Shown in pieces: positions 1 to 7,054 of a DNA stretch of 27,227 nt. Both the position numbers and the translations under genes were made by a program. This DNA comes from Candidatus Woesearchaeota archaeon. Its GTDB lineage: Archaea > Nanobdellota > Nanobdellia > Woesearchaeales > UBA10216. Below the pieces are notes generated by a model. That model had not been told where the DNA came from, searched no databases, and saw only the letters and a program-made list of their open reading frames with translations. Every line of letters begins with the position of its first letter. Position 1 is the first letter of the stretch. The stretch covers positions 1-27,227 of the forward strand of contig JACPBX010000019.1 of assembly GCA_016180085.1 (NCBI GenBank). Direction: 5' to 3'.

Positions 1-165
1 AATGTCTTCTGTAGACCTGGACCTGCCAAAGAGTATAGACACGTATCCGCTGACAATAACATAATCCGCATGCTTTTCCAGTATTTTGATGAATTTAAGT
101 ACAAACTTATCTAACTCGTTAAGAACTTTATCAAGTTTTATCGTTTTGTCATCTACAAATTCCAT
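1..165 (-). CDS. Hypothetical protein, 5' part only (runs off the window start); possibly nucleotidyltransferase-like
   Basis: Not in the ORF track. Manual translation from ATG at 165: MEFVDDKTIKLDKVLNELDKFVLKFIKILEKHADYVIVSGYVSILFGRSRSTEDI. The SGY..ILFG.sR.TEDI pattern recalls the GG/GS...DxD motif of nucleotidyltransferase-fold proteins. A TTTATAT box lies ~26 nt upstream. Alternative in-frame ATG at 192. Confidence 0.65.
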   Translation of the reverse strand, partial: MEFVDDKTIKLDKVLNELDKFVLKFIKILEKHADYVIVSGYVSILFGRSRSTEDI

Positions 166-259
166 ATTTTTAATATCAGTGCCATTTTGCATATAAATCT
201 TGTCAGAAAGAGGTCCTATTTAAACCCTAGCCGGGCAGTTGTCCAGTGTCCAGTGAAAA

Positions 260-2002
260 TTACAGCCTCTTTCCCATATATGCCCCGTCGTAATCATACC
301 CGAGCTTCCTGTAATATTCCCTGGCTCCAACCCCGGAGATTACAAGCATCTTGTCCATTCCGTTTTTCTTTGCGATTTCCTCGGCAGCTGCCATCAATTT
401 CTTTCCGAAGCCGCGGTGCTGCATCTTTGTTTTTTCATCCGGCTCATTGCCAATGGCAACAGCTGTTGCGTACACGTGCAACTCGCGGATTATCGCTGTT
501 GTTTTGGTGATTTCAGGTCTCAACTGCTGCGCCGGGAACCTCATCCTGCAGAACCCGATAATGGCGTCGTTTACGGGGTCTTCCGCAGCGATAAAGAATT
601 CTTTCCCGCGGCTGCCCTCGTATTCTGTGACGGTTACCTTGCTGCTGCCGCTCCAGCCCTTCCTGCCAATCTCCCTGCATCGGATGCAATTGCAAATTAT
701 TCCCTTCTGTTGTTGCAGCTGAAGGACATACTGCCTCAAGTTGGTTCGGTCAATCCCAGCAGAAGTGACATAAGTTGGAATATCCCGGTTTACCCTCATT
801 ATCCTGCACCATTTCGGCACAAACCGTTTGAATTCGCTTATTATCTTCGCTGCCTCTGCTGTTGTTACAGGCGTAAACTGCCCCTTCTGCCACTGCAGAT
901 AAAGCGGCGTTCCCTTTATGACAAGGCAAGGGTAAATTTTGAGCATGTCAGGCATGTAGTCGGGATTGCTGAAGAGCTCTTTGAGGCCTTCCAAGTCTGT
1001 TTCGCGGCTGCTGCCGGGAAGTCCCAGCATGTAGTGCGCATTAATCTTTAATCCGAGGTCTTTCAGCTGCTGCAACGATTCCTTGGTATCGTTTATTGTG
1101 TGGCCGCGATTCGTCAATTTCAGCTGCTGCTCATAAACTGATTCTATTCCCAGCTCAACCCTTGTGCATCCCAGCTTGAGCATGTGGTTGCCGTGCTCAG
1201 CCTTTCCCCAGTCCGGCTTTGTTTCGATTGTCAGCCCTATGCACCTTACCTTTGCCGTTTCGTTCTTTTTTTGCTGCTGCAGAAGGAATTCCCCGCTGCC
1301 GCGACCGCTTCTGCCGTCTTCTTCCTTGAGCCGCAGCATTTTTTCCGTAACCCGCTTAACCCTGCCTTCATCCTGGAATGTGCCTGGCATCTCGAAGAAT
1401 TGTTTGTAATGCCGCAAATTGAGTTCGGATTCGCCTTTGTTGCTGCTGTTGCCGCGACCGAAAAATTCTGCGGAAAAATCGTTCATTGCCTTGTAAGCAT
1501 AACCGACGAATTCCTCCCTGTAATCCTGCGGCATCCACGGAAATGTCCCCCCCTGGACTATCAGCTCAACCTTGTCAAATGACTGGCCCGTGACCGCATA
1601 CTGCTCAAGCCTGCTGAAAACCTGAAGGTAAGGGTCAAACCCTGCCCGGATTGCCCTCATCGTCGCCGGCTCCCTGCCAGTATAGCTCTGCGGCACATCG
1701 CCGAATTCAGACTTTGGCCCGCCAGGGCAGAACGTGCATCTTCCGTGAGGGCAGCCGTAGGGCTTGGTCATTATTGATATGCTCGCTATGCCTGAAATGG
1801 TCCTGACAGGTTTAATGCGGAGCTGCCGCTTCAGGTGTTTTGCCTGCGCCTCAGGGATGTTCAGAAACACCTCCACATCGTTGGGTATCTTTTTCAGGCC
1901 GTATTTTGAAGCGAGCCTTATCTTTGCTTTAGTGGCCGAGTCCTTGTCAAGCTTTCCCCGCTTGAGCTCGCTTACAAGCTCAGTGTAAAATCCTTTTGCC
2001 AT
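260..2002 (-). CDS. elp3: Elp3 tRNA uridine(34) carboxymethyltransferase (radical SAM + GNAT)
   Basis: KPVRTISG, CPHGRCTFCPGG (CX4CX2C), QSYTGREP, GLTIETKPD, GCTRVELG, RVNRDIP, CxCIRCRE, RELHVY, QHRGFGKKLM, ISGVGAREYYRKLGY. TTTATAAA box at 2028-2035, ~25 nt upstream of the start. Confidence 0.97.
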   Translation of the reverse strand: MAKGFYTELVSELKRGKLDKDSATKAKIRLASKYGLKKIPNDVEVFLNIPEAQAKHLKRQLRIKPVRTISGIASISIMTKPYGCPHGRCTFCPGGPKSEFGDVPQSYTGREPATMRAIRAGFDPYLQVFSRLEQYAVTGQSFDKVELIVQGGTFPWMPQDYREEFVGYAYKAMNDFSAEFFGRGNSSNKGESELNLRHYKQFFEMPGTFQDEGRVKRVTEKMLRLKEEDGRSGRGSGEFLLQQQKKNETAKVRCIGLTIETKPDWGKAEHGNHMLKLGCTRVELGIESVYEQQLKLTNRGHTINDTKESLQQLKDLGLKINAHYMLGLPGSSRETDLEGLKELFSNPDYMPDMLKIYPCLVIKGTPLYLQWQKGQFTPVTTAEAAKIISEFKRFVPKWCRIMRVNRDIPTYVTSAGIDRTNLRQYVLQLQQQKGIICNCIRCREIGRKGWSGSSKVTVTEYEGSRGKEFFIAAEDPVNDAIIGFCRMRFPAQQLRPEITKTTAIIRELHVYATAVAIGNEPDEKTKMQHRGFGKKLMAAAEEIAKKNGMDKMLVISGVGAREYYRKLGYDYDGAYMGKRL

Positions 2003-2042
2003 TTAAGAAAAAGGATTCTATGGCGGTTTATAAACTTTGCAG

Positions 2043-2597
2043 CTAAAGCAGGCCAATCAGCCTCGGGGCTACCTGGGAAAACAGGACAACATTTACTGCT
2101 ACGCTGCTAACTACGTATGCGAAGGCATACCCCGGCTCTTCCCCAAGCATGAGATTTATGGGCGTGGTTATCAGATAGTACAGGAGAACGAGCACAATGC
2201 CGAGGGCTGTTATGGAGGCTCCGGAAAAGGCGTCAGCTAAAATCGCCATCAAGGTTATTCCGATTAAGGATATCAGGATGGTGAAATCAAGCCTGGCTGA
2301 GAACAGTTTTGAGAAAAACGTTGAGGCTATCCCTACGAAGATTCCAATGGGCGCCCCGTAAGCTGATGCTGTCAGCACAGTGCCAAGCTTGACAAAATCC
2401 AGGTGAACAGGTGTTCTGAACCTCGCATTATAGGTTTCGGCCATGCTTGCAACAACGATAAAAATCATTGTCCAGAAAGTCAGCCTGGAAGCCAGGAAAA
2501 GTATGAGCAGGAATGCCACAGCCGCAATGGCTATTTTCTGCCTTTTATCAAGCCTGCTCGTTAAGCTTCTTAATGCTGTCACTCCCAACACTGCCAT
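2043..2597 (-). CDS. Multi-pass membrane protein, possibly ECF S-component-like
   Basis: 184 aa with ~5-6 hydrophobic segments. The stretch LGTVLTASAYGAPIGIFVGIASTFFS resembles S-component helices (weak, by eye). Confidence 0.6.
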   Translation of the reverse strand: MAVLGVTALRSLTSRLDKRQKIAIAAVAFLLILFLASRLTFWTMIFIVVASMAETYNARFRTPVHLDFVKLGTVLTASAYGAPIGIFVGIASTFFSKLFSARLDFTILISLIGITLMAILADAFSGASITALGIVLVLLYYLITTPINLMLGEEPGYAFAYVVSSVAVNVVLFSQVAPRLIGLL

Positions 2598-2686
2598 CCC
2601 AGCCAGCAGGACAAGGCAGCAATTTAAAATTATTTGTTATCAAAAGATTTATAACCGCCCTCACCGCATCATTGTTTTTGATAAAC

Positions 2687-3294
2687 ATGGCAGCTGCAAG
2701 GAAAGTTGAGACGATTATAATCTCGCTCGGAGGCTCTGTCCTCGCCCCAGCCCAGATAGACGTCGATTTTCGAACGCTGCGAGAAAGGTCGTCAATGCCG
2801 TGCGCGAGGACCTTGACTGGCTCGGCATACACGCAACAAGGCTTAATGCCCACCTCCTGCGAACGATTTTCAGGGAGGCAGCTTATTCCAGGGTTATAAA
2901 GAATCCGAACGAAAAGATAAAGCCCAGGTCGTCTGACCGCGTTGTTGTTGCGGCAGGCTGGAAACCGGGAAGAAGCACTGATTACATTGCTGTTCTGCTG
3001 GCAAAAAACCTTGGCGCAAGGACGGTGATAAACATCACCAACACCGACTTTGTTTACGACAAGGACCCGACAAAGTTTTCAGATGCAAGACCATTGCGGC
3101 AGACAAGCTGGAAGGATTTCCGCAGGCTGATAGGCGTAACAAAGTGGAGCCCCGGCCTGAATACTCCTTTTGACCCGGTTGCTGCAAAGGTGGCTGAAAA
3201 GATGAGTCTGAAGGTTGCAGTGATGGGCAAGGACTTGGGCAACCTTGAAAGCTTTCTGAATGGAAGGCAGTTTAGGGGCACTGTTATATCCTAG
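2687..3294 (+). pseudogene. pyrH: UMP kinase disrupted by an internal deletion and frameshift near 2770
   Basis: One frame from ATG 2687 gives MAAARKVETIIISLGGSVLAPAQIDVDF. A second frame from 2770 gives SNAARKVVNAVREDLDWLGIHATRLNA...GWKPGRSTDYIAV...VYDKDP...PFDPVA...GTVI. The intervening ~30 aa with the GGGxxAR loop of archaeal PyrH is absent. Confidence 0.85.
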
Positions 3295-3343
3295 TCCTGA
3301 CCTTCTGGTAAGATATTTAAAACAAAGTCCATTCCCTATTCTC

Positions 3344-5050
3344 GTGACAATTGATACCGTTGTCGAGAAAGCATTGGGGGAACAGCCGGCAGCAAGCTAT
3401 TACCCGGATAGTGGCTTACGGCACAGGGTTTCTGCGGCAACAAAATGGAGAAATGGGCAGGAATCCATTAAGACTGCTCTTAAAGAGATTCAAGATGCTT
3501 TATACAGATTTCCTGGCTACAGGGAAGCTGAAGAGATCAACGACCGTGACGGGCAAGTCAGAATAGTTAATCAGCTGATAATGCATACGGCACTGGCAGA
3601 CTTTTTTGCGAAAGCAGGACTATCAGGCTTGATGCAAGGATTTGTTGACCCTGAAGGCAGGATTGGTATCAGAAAAAGGCAGTCGCCTAAAGCAGTTCTG
3701 GAATTCTATAGCGAAAATAAGGGCTTGGGCTGGTTCGACAGAGCCCTGCCAACTCATGTGGAAGCGTGGAGGATAAAGGCACAGGGCATGTGGAAAAGCG
3801 GGAAGGAATCGGCGCAGCTGGCAACTGAGGCAATAGAAGATGTGCTTTACACCCTACCAGGTTACAGGGAGGCGGAGCAGGCGAACAGGAGGGAAGAGCA
3901 ATTAAGAATACTGAACCAATTGCTGCAGCAAAAGGGGCGGCAAAGGGACTATTTTGAAGAAGCAGGTCTGAGCGGCTTGATGACAGAATTCGTTGACAAA
4001 ACGGGAAGAACCGGCCTAAAAAAACTTGGTTCAGTTTCTGCGTTGCTTGAATTTTACAGCAAAAAGAAAAGGCTTGAGTGGTTCAACCCTGCCTATGCGA
4101 TGCACCTATCTGTTGAGAGAAGCGGAAGATTGGTGGTTGCGGACAGAAGGCAGGAGTGGCAAGATGGCATGCAAAATGGCAGGTATGGTTCAAAAAGCTC
4201 TTACAAGGGGACGCGGCTTGAGGAAATAGTTAATGACACCCTGGCCACTTACGGGCTCCAGCAGGGGGTTGAAGAGTTTTGCTACATGTTTTTCTCAAAG
4301 CAGGATGCGTTGCTGGCAAACTCGTTTAAGGAAAGGGTTATTCTGGCTTACAGGCTTGGAGTTTTCCTGTACATCGCTGGGGTTATTCCCAGAATCCTGC
4401 TCAATGGCGAGGCAAGGCGCCTCGGCCCTGAAATCAGTGACCTCGCTTTTATGGGGTATAGCTATTTTACCCACTTGGAGCGAAGGGGACGTAAAAAAGA
4501 TACTGAGCCGGCAGTACCGGATATCACGTTTAGCCGCCTGATGATGAAAATTGTAAGGCAGTACATCCGCGACTTGGAAAAGGAGAAGCAAACAGGAAGC
4601 CGCGACAACGACCCAAGCGTTGAGGAAATAATTGACGATGTTGGCGAGCATCCGCTCATTGTGCAGCGCTACGGCAGGCCAGTCTCTTATGACGATGTTT
4701 TACTGCCAGTTGCCCTGATGGAGAAATACATGACAGGGCAGCGTACTGTAATTATCCGGATAGGCCCAGAAAGCATGCCAATGAAGCCAGAAACCAAAGA
4801 CGGCTCTTGGGTGCTGGATCCGGAGTTCATAAGGCTGCGAAGCGATGAGCGTTTGTATCGGTTCTTGCAACGGGTAGGATCGGTACGCGACTGGCATGCC
4901 TTAATCGAGAGGACAGGGCTGCGGAAAAAAGTGGTTGAGTATGCAGGGACAGAAGTCACTCACGAAACTGTGAAATCAAACCCCAAAGCAAAATTTATAA
5001 AGAATAGTCCACTCCCGAGTAGAGGATTAAGTTCTGATGAGGGCACTTGA
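3344..5050 (+). CDS. Hypothetical protein with two tandem ~115-aa repeats and an unrelated C-terminal half
   Basis: Long ORF (track 3260-5050). GTG at 3344 is preferred because it lies ~23 nt after ATTTAAAA and avoids the pyrH overlap. Both repeats share W..G.ES......I.D.LY..PGYREAE..N...Q.RI.NQL......F..AGLSGLM..FVD..GR.G.......A.LEFYS..K.L.WF. Confidence 0.8.
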   Translation: MTIDTVVEKALGEQPAASYYPDSGLRHRVSAATKWRNGQESIKTALKEIQDALYRFPGYREAEEINDRDGQVRIVNQLIMHTALADFFAKAGLSGLMQGFVDPEGRIGIRKRQSPKAVLEFYSENKGLGWFDRALPTHVEAWRIKAQGMWKSGKESAQLATEAIEDVLYTLPGYREAEQANRREEQLRILNQLLQQKGRQRDYFEEAGLSGLMTEFVDKTGRTGLKKLGSVSALLEFYSKKKRLEWFNPAYAMHLSVERSGRLVVADRRQEWQDGMQNGRYGSKSSYKGTRLEEIVNDTLATYGLQQGVEEFCYMFFSKQDALLANSFKERVILAYRLGVFLYIAGVIPRILLNGEARRLGPEISDLAFMGYSYFTHLERRGRKKDTEPAVPDITFSRLMMKIVRQYIRDLEKEKQTGSRDNDPSVEEIIDDVGEHPLIVQRYGRPVSYDDVLLPVALMEKYMTGQRTVIIRIGPESMPMKPETKDGSWVLDPEFIRLRSDERLYRFLQRVGSVRDWHALIERTGLRKKVVEYAGTEVTHETVKSNPKAKFIKNSPLPSRGLSSDEGT

Positions 5051-5075
5051 GATAATAGGCTGCATAAATCCTGGT

Positions 5076-5103
5076 CCGGAAGCAGTGAATACTTCAGTTC
5101 CGG
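5076..5103. terminator. Imperfect hairpin between convergent genes
   Basis: CCGGAA...TGAA-TAC-TTCA...TTCCGG lies between the stop of the 3344 ORF (+) and the stop of cutA (-). Confidence 0.35.
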
Positions 5104-5123
5104 CAACAGTTACGGGTTAGAAT

Positions 5124-5429
5124 TTACTTAGTCTCCCCCTCCACCCACTTCCTGTACTCCTCGTCGCTGCCATGCCAGGGCAAAGCAACAATGCACGGTA
5201 TTTCGTAGCTGTGCAGCTGCCTCACTTCTTCGCGAATTTTCTCAAAGTTTTCCTTCCTCGCCTTGCACAGCATCGAAACCTCTGGCTCATCAACAATCCT
5301 GCCTTCCCAGCGGAACATGCTCTGCACAGGGAAAATGTTGGCACAGGCGATAAGCCGTTTCTCAAGCAGGTGGCCGGCTATCAGCTTTGCCTCTTTCATG
5401 TCCTTGCAGGTGATGTAGACGCTAATCAT
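5124..5429 (-). CDS. cutA: Divalent-cation tolerance protein CutA
   Basis: VYITC...EAKLIAGHLLEKRLIACANIFPVQSMFRWEG, LHSYEIPCI and Y.KWV are CutA1 hallmarks; 101 aa. Confidence 0.95.
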   Translation of the reverse strand: MISVYITCKDMKEAKLIAGHLLEKRLIACANIFPVQSMFRWEGRIVDEPEVSMLCKARKENFEKIREEVRQLHSYEIPCIVALPWHGSDEEYRKWVEGETK

Positions 5430-5517
5430 GGCACTTTTTGGGATGTCAGCGTTATTAAATCTTTGCGCCAGCGGCTCTCATCCCAGCAGCAGCCTGACTG
5501 ATCCGCTTTCCTGCCGC

Positions 5518-5940
5518 TCAATGCGGGCTTATCAGCATTTCAAAACACTCTTTTCCTTTGCCTATCGGCCCTGGCTGCACATAGTCAGGAGTTACCGCAT
5601 TTCGCGTTTTGAAATACAGAAGCCAGCGCAGCGTTTGTTCTGCTGCAATGCCAAAAACAAGGAAATTGGAGGGGTGGTTGACTAAAAGGGACAAGTATTC
5701 ACGCATGAAAGGGGCCCTTGCGGCTGCCTGCAGCAGCCCGTAGCCAAATGCTGCGATGCCGATAACCGTAGCTGTTCTCACAGCAGCCGTGTCAGCCCTT
5801 CCAAGCAGCTCAGCTGATGTGCCCGTGTAATATGTTGAAAACTGCACGCAGAATTCCAGCGCTTCAAGGGCTACCCTGGCCTTTTTGCTCTGCTGGACCC
5901 TCTCCTCGAGGCTTTTCCTGAGTTTGGCTGCCCACGTCAT
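5518..5940 (-). CDS. Hypothetical protein, possibly membrane-associated
   Basis: 140-aa ORF with a TTTATAAA box ~25 nt upstream on the - strand; hydrophobic stretch TVIGIAAFGYGLL. No family recognised. Confidence 0.6.
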   Translation of the reverse strand: MTWAAKLRKSLEERVQQSKKARVALEALEFCVQFSTYYTGTSAELLGRADTAAVRTATVIGIAAFGYGLLQAAARAPFMREYLSLLVNHPSNFLVFGIAAEQTLRWLLYFKTRNAVTPDYVQPGPIGKGKECFEMLISPH

Positions 5941-6009
5941 GATTTCCTGGCAAGGGCAGTGTTTTTATAAAAATTTCGGAATGGCTGTCTTTCTACAAGA
6001 CGCAGAAGA

Positions 6010-6017
6010 TTTATAAA
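6010..6017 (+). promoter_or_regulatory. TATA box for a leaderless transcript starting at or near ATG 6040
   Basis: TTTATAAA ends 22 nt before ATG 6040, similar to the spacing at other genes in the window. Confidence 0.6.
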
Positions 6018-6039
6018 AAGCTCAAGCTGAACGCTTACC

Positions 6040-6072
6040 ATGAAATGCGAAGTCTGCGCACAACCTTTTTAA
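6040..6072 (+). other. Truncated duplicate of the zinc-finger gene start (MKCEVCAQPF*)
   Basis: ATGAAATGCGAAGTCTGC matches ATGAAATGTGAAATTTGC (6149-6166) at 15/18 positions. Its stop codon (TAA 6070-6072) lies inside the repeat element. Confidence 0.7.
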
Positions 6073-6145
6073 GAAAAACCCAAATCTTGCAAAGGCAAGA
6101 TTGGGCCCAGTCGCCAAAGGCGACTTGGGGGTTGATCAAAAAACG
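6061..6145 (+). repeat. Palindromic repeat element, long form with two internal hairpins
   Basis: CAACC-TTTTT-AAG-AAAAA-[CCCAAATCTTGC AAAG GCAAGATTGGG][CCCAGTCGCC AAA GGCGACTTGGG]-GGTTG-ATCAAAAAACG. Same ends as the two tRNA introns. Confidence 0.8.
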
Positions 6146-6148
6146 CCA

Positions 6149-6307
6149 ATGAAATGTGAAATTTGCAGCAAGGGCATTGCGGAAACATTTTTGGGCAAGG
6201 TAAAAGGCACTTACGTCAAGGACGGCAAAGGCAAGCTTCGCGCTGTTTGCTTTGAGTGCCAGTCAAGGTTTAAAGATAAGTCCTCGCTGTTGCAGCAGCT
6301 GAAGTGA
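6149..6307 (+). CDS. Small zinc-binding protein, 52 aa (CxxC...CxxC)
   Basis: MKCEICSKGIAETFLGKVKGTYVKDGKGKLRAVCFECQSRFKDKSSLLQQLK. ATG 6149 is preferred over the track start at 6101, which lies inside the repeat. Confidence 0.85.
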   Translation: MKCEICSKGIAETFLGKVKGTYVKDGKGKLRAVCFECQSRFKDKSSLLQQLK

Positions 6308-6345
6308 ATAATTTAAAAACACGTGCCTGTTCTGTACTCTTTATT

Positions 6346-6465
6346 GCCCCTGTAGCTCAGTGGCCAGAGCGACTGCTTCGTATGACCCTTTTGCAAGCAA
6401 AAGGTTCAATCCAAAAACGATGAAGAAAAAGCAGTAGGCCGCGAGTTCAACTCTCGCCAGGGGCT
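6346..6465 (+). tRNA. tRNA-Thr(CGT) with a 37/38 intron
   Basis: Acceptor GCCCCTG/CAGGGGC, D-arm GCTC/GAGC, anticodon stem ACTGC/GCAGT, loop TT-CGT-A|A, T-arm GCGAG-TTCAACT-CTCGC, discriminator U73. CCA not encoded. ATTTAAAAA box at 6311-6319. Confidence 0.95.
6383..6429 (+). other. tRNA-Thr intron (47 nt) made largely of the repeat element
   Basis: TGACCCTTTTGCAAGCAAAAGGTTCAATCCAAAAACGATGAAGAAAA. Removal restores a 7-nt loop. The central helix TTCG:AGAA has 3 of 4 pairs. Confidence 0.85.
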
Positions 6466-6564
6466 TTCTCCCCCGAAATCCGATAGTTTTTTATAGTCAA
6501 AAGGGCAAAAAAGGCTTAAAATAGTTAAAAAAAGCCTCGCTTGAGGCTCCAAGAGGTGTTGCGT

Positions 6565-6807
6565 ATGTGCATGGGAGGAGGAAACTGCAGTGATGGCGTA
6601 TGTGCGAAGTGCCACGCTGTTATGAAAGTGGTGCTTGGTGCATTGGTGCTGCTCAACATTTACGTTTGGCCAAAATGGACAGGCGGAGTTGACCAGTGGC
6701 TGGCGTTTTTCGCAGTGCTGTTCATCATAAAGGGCGCAATCAAATTTGTCATGCCCAACTGCTCTCACTGCAAGCCTGAGGCAACGGCTGGCAAGAAAGG
6801 CAAGTAA
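6565..6807 (+). CDS. Small two-TM membrane protein with Cys-rich termini
   Basis: SD-like GAGGTG 6 nt before ATG 6565. MCMGGGNCSDGVCAKCH...two hydrophobic segments...CSHCK. Confidence 0.75.
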   Translation: MCMGGGNCSDGVCAKCHAVMKVVLGALVLLNIYVWPKWTGGVDQWLAFFAVLFIIKGAIKFVMPNCSHCKPEATAGKKGK

Positions 6808-6851
6808 GAGCAAGCAAGACAGTAGATTAGCAGAATAAGAAGCGAAAGAAG

Positions 6852-6872
6852 GGGCCCAAAAAGGCCCGTTTC
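6852..6872 (+). terminator. GC hairpin followed by a short T tract
   Basis: GGGCC-CAAAAA-GGCCC-GTTTC, 45 nt after the preceding stop codon. Confidence 0.4.
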
Positions 6873-6903
6873 TAAGCTGATTTACTACCCCTTAATGACA
6901 AGA

Positions 6904-6920
6904 AGCGAAAAGTATTTATA
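6904..6920 (+). promoter_or_regulatory. BRE-TATA promoter upstream of tfe
   Basis: AGCGAAAAG-TATTTATA fits the archaeal BRE + TATA pattern. Confidence 0.55.
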
Positions 6921-7054
6921 CTAGTTCGCACAGGAATACAGGTTAAGGGGGTTTAGTGGCTGTCTTAAACGATAGCCAGCGTAATCCGCTTTTGCTGCCA
7001 GTTTTTAAGGCAGCAACAAGGTTCAAAAAATAGGAAAAACAGGGAAAGAAAAAG

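Noticed and set aside
1989-2017. Inverted repeat AATCCTTTT...AAAAGGATT around the elp3 start codon, resembling the element core
   Set aside because: It lacks the YRACC/GGTYR stem and the AYCMAAAAAC tail. One arm is elp3 coding sequence, and the predicted TSS lies inside it, so it would not form in the RNA.
2674-2682. GTTTTTGAT, the reverse complement of the element tail, upstream of pyrH
   Set aside because: No associated stem; 9-nt match only.
2768-2775. Programmed -1 frameshift rescuing pyrH
   Set aside because: No convincing heptameric slippery site, and a frameshift would still give a protein lacking the GGGxxAR loop.
6383-6429. Possible box C/D guide RNA inside the tRNA-Thr intron (ATGA near the 3' end)
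   Set aside because: No box D CTGA and no complete RTGATGA; too short for a guide pair.
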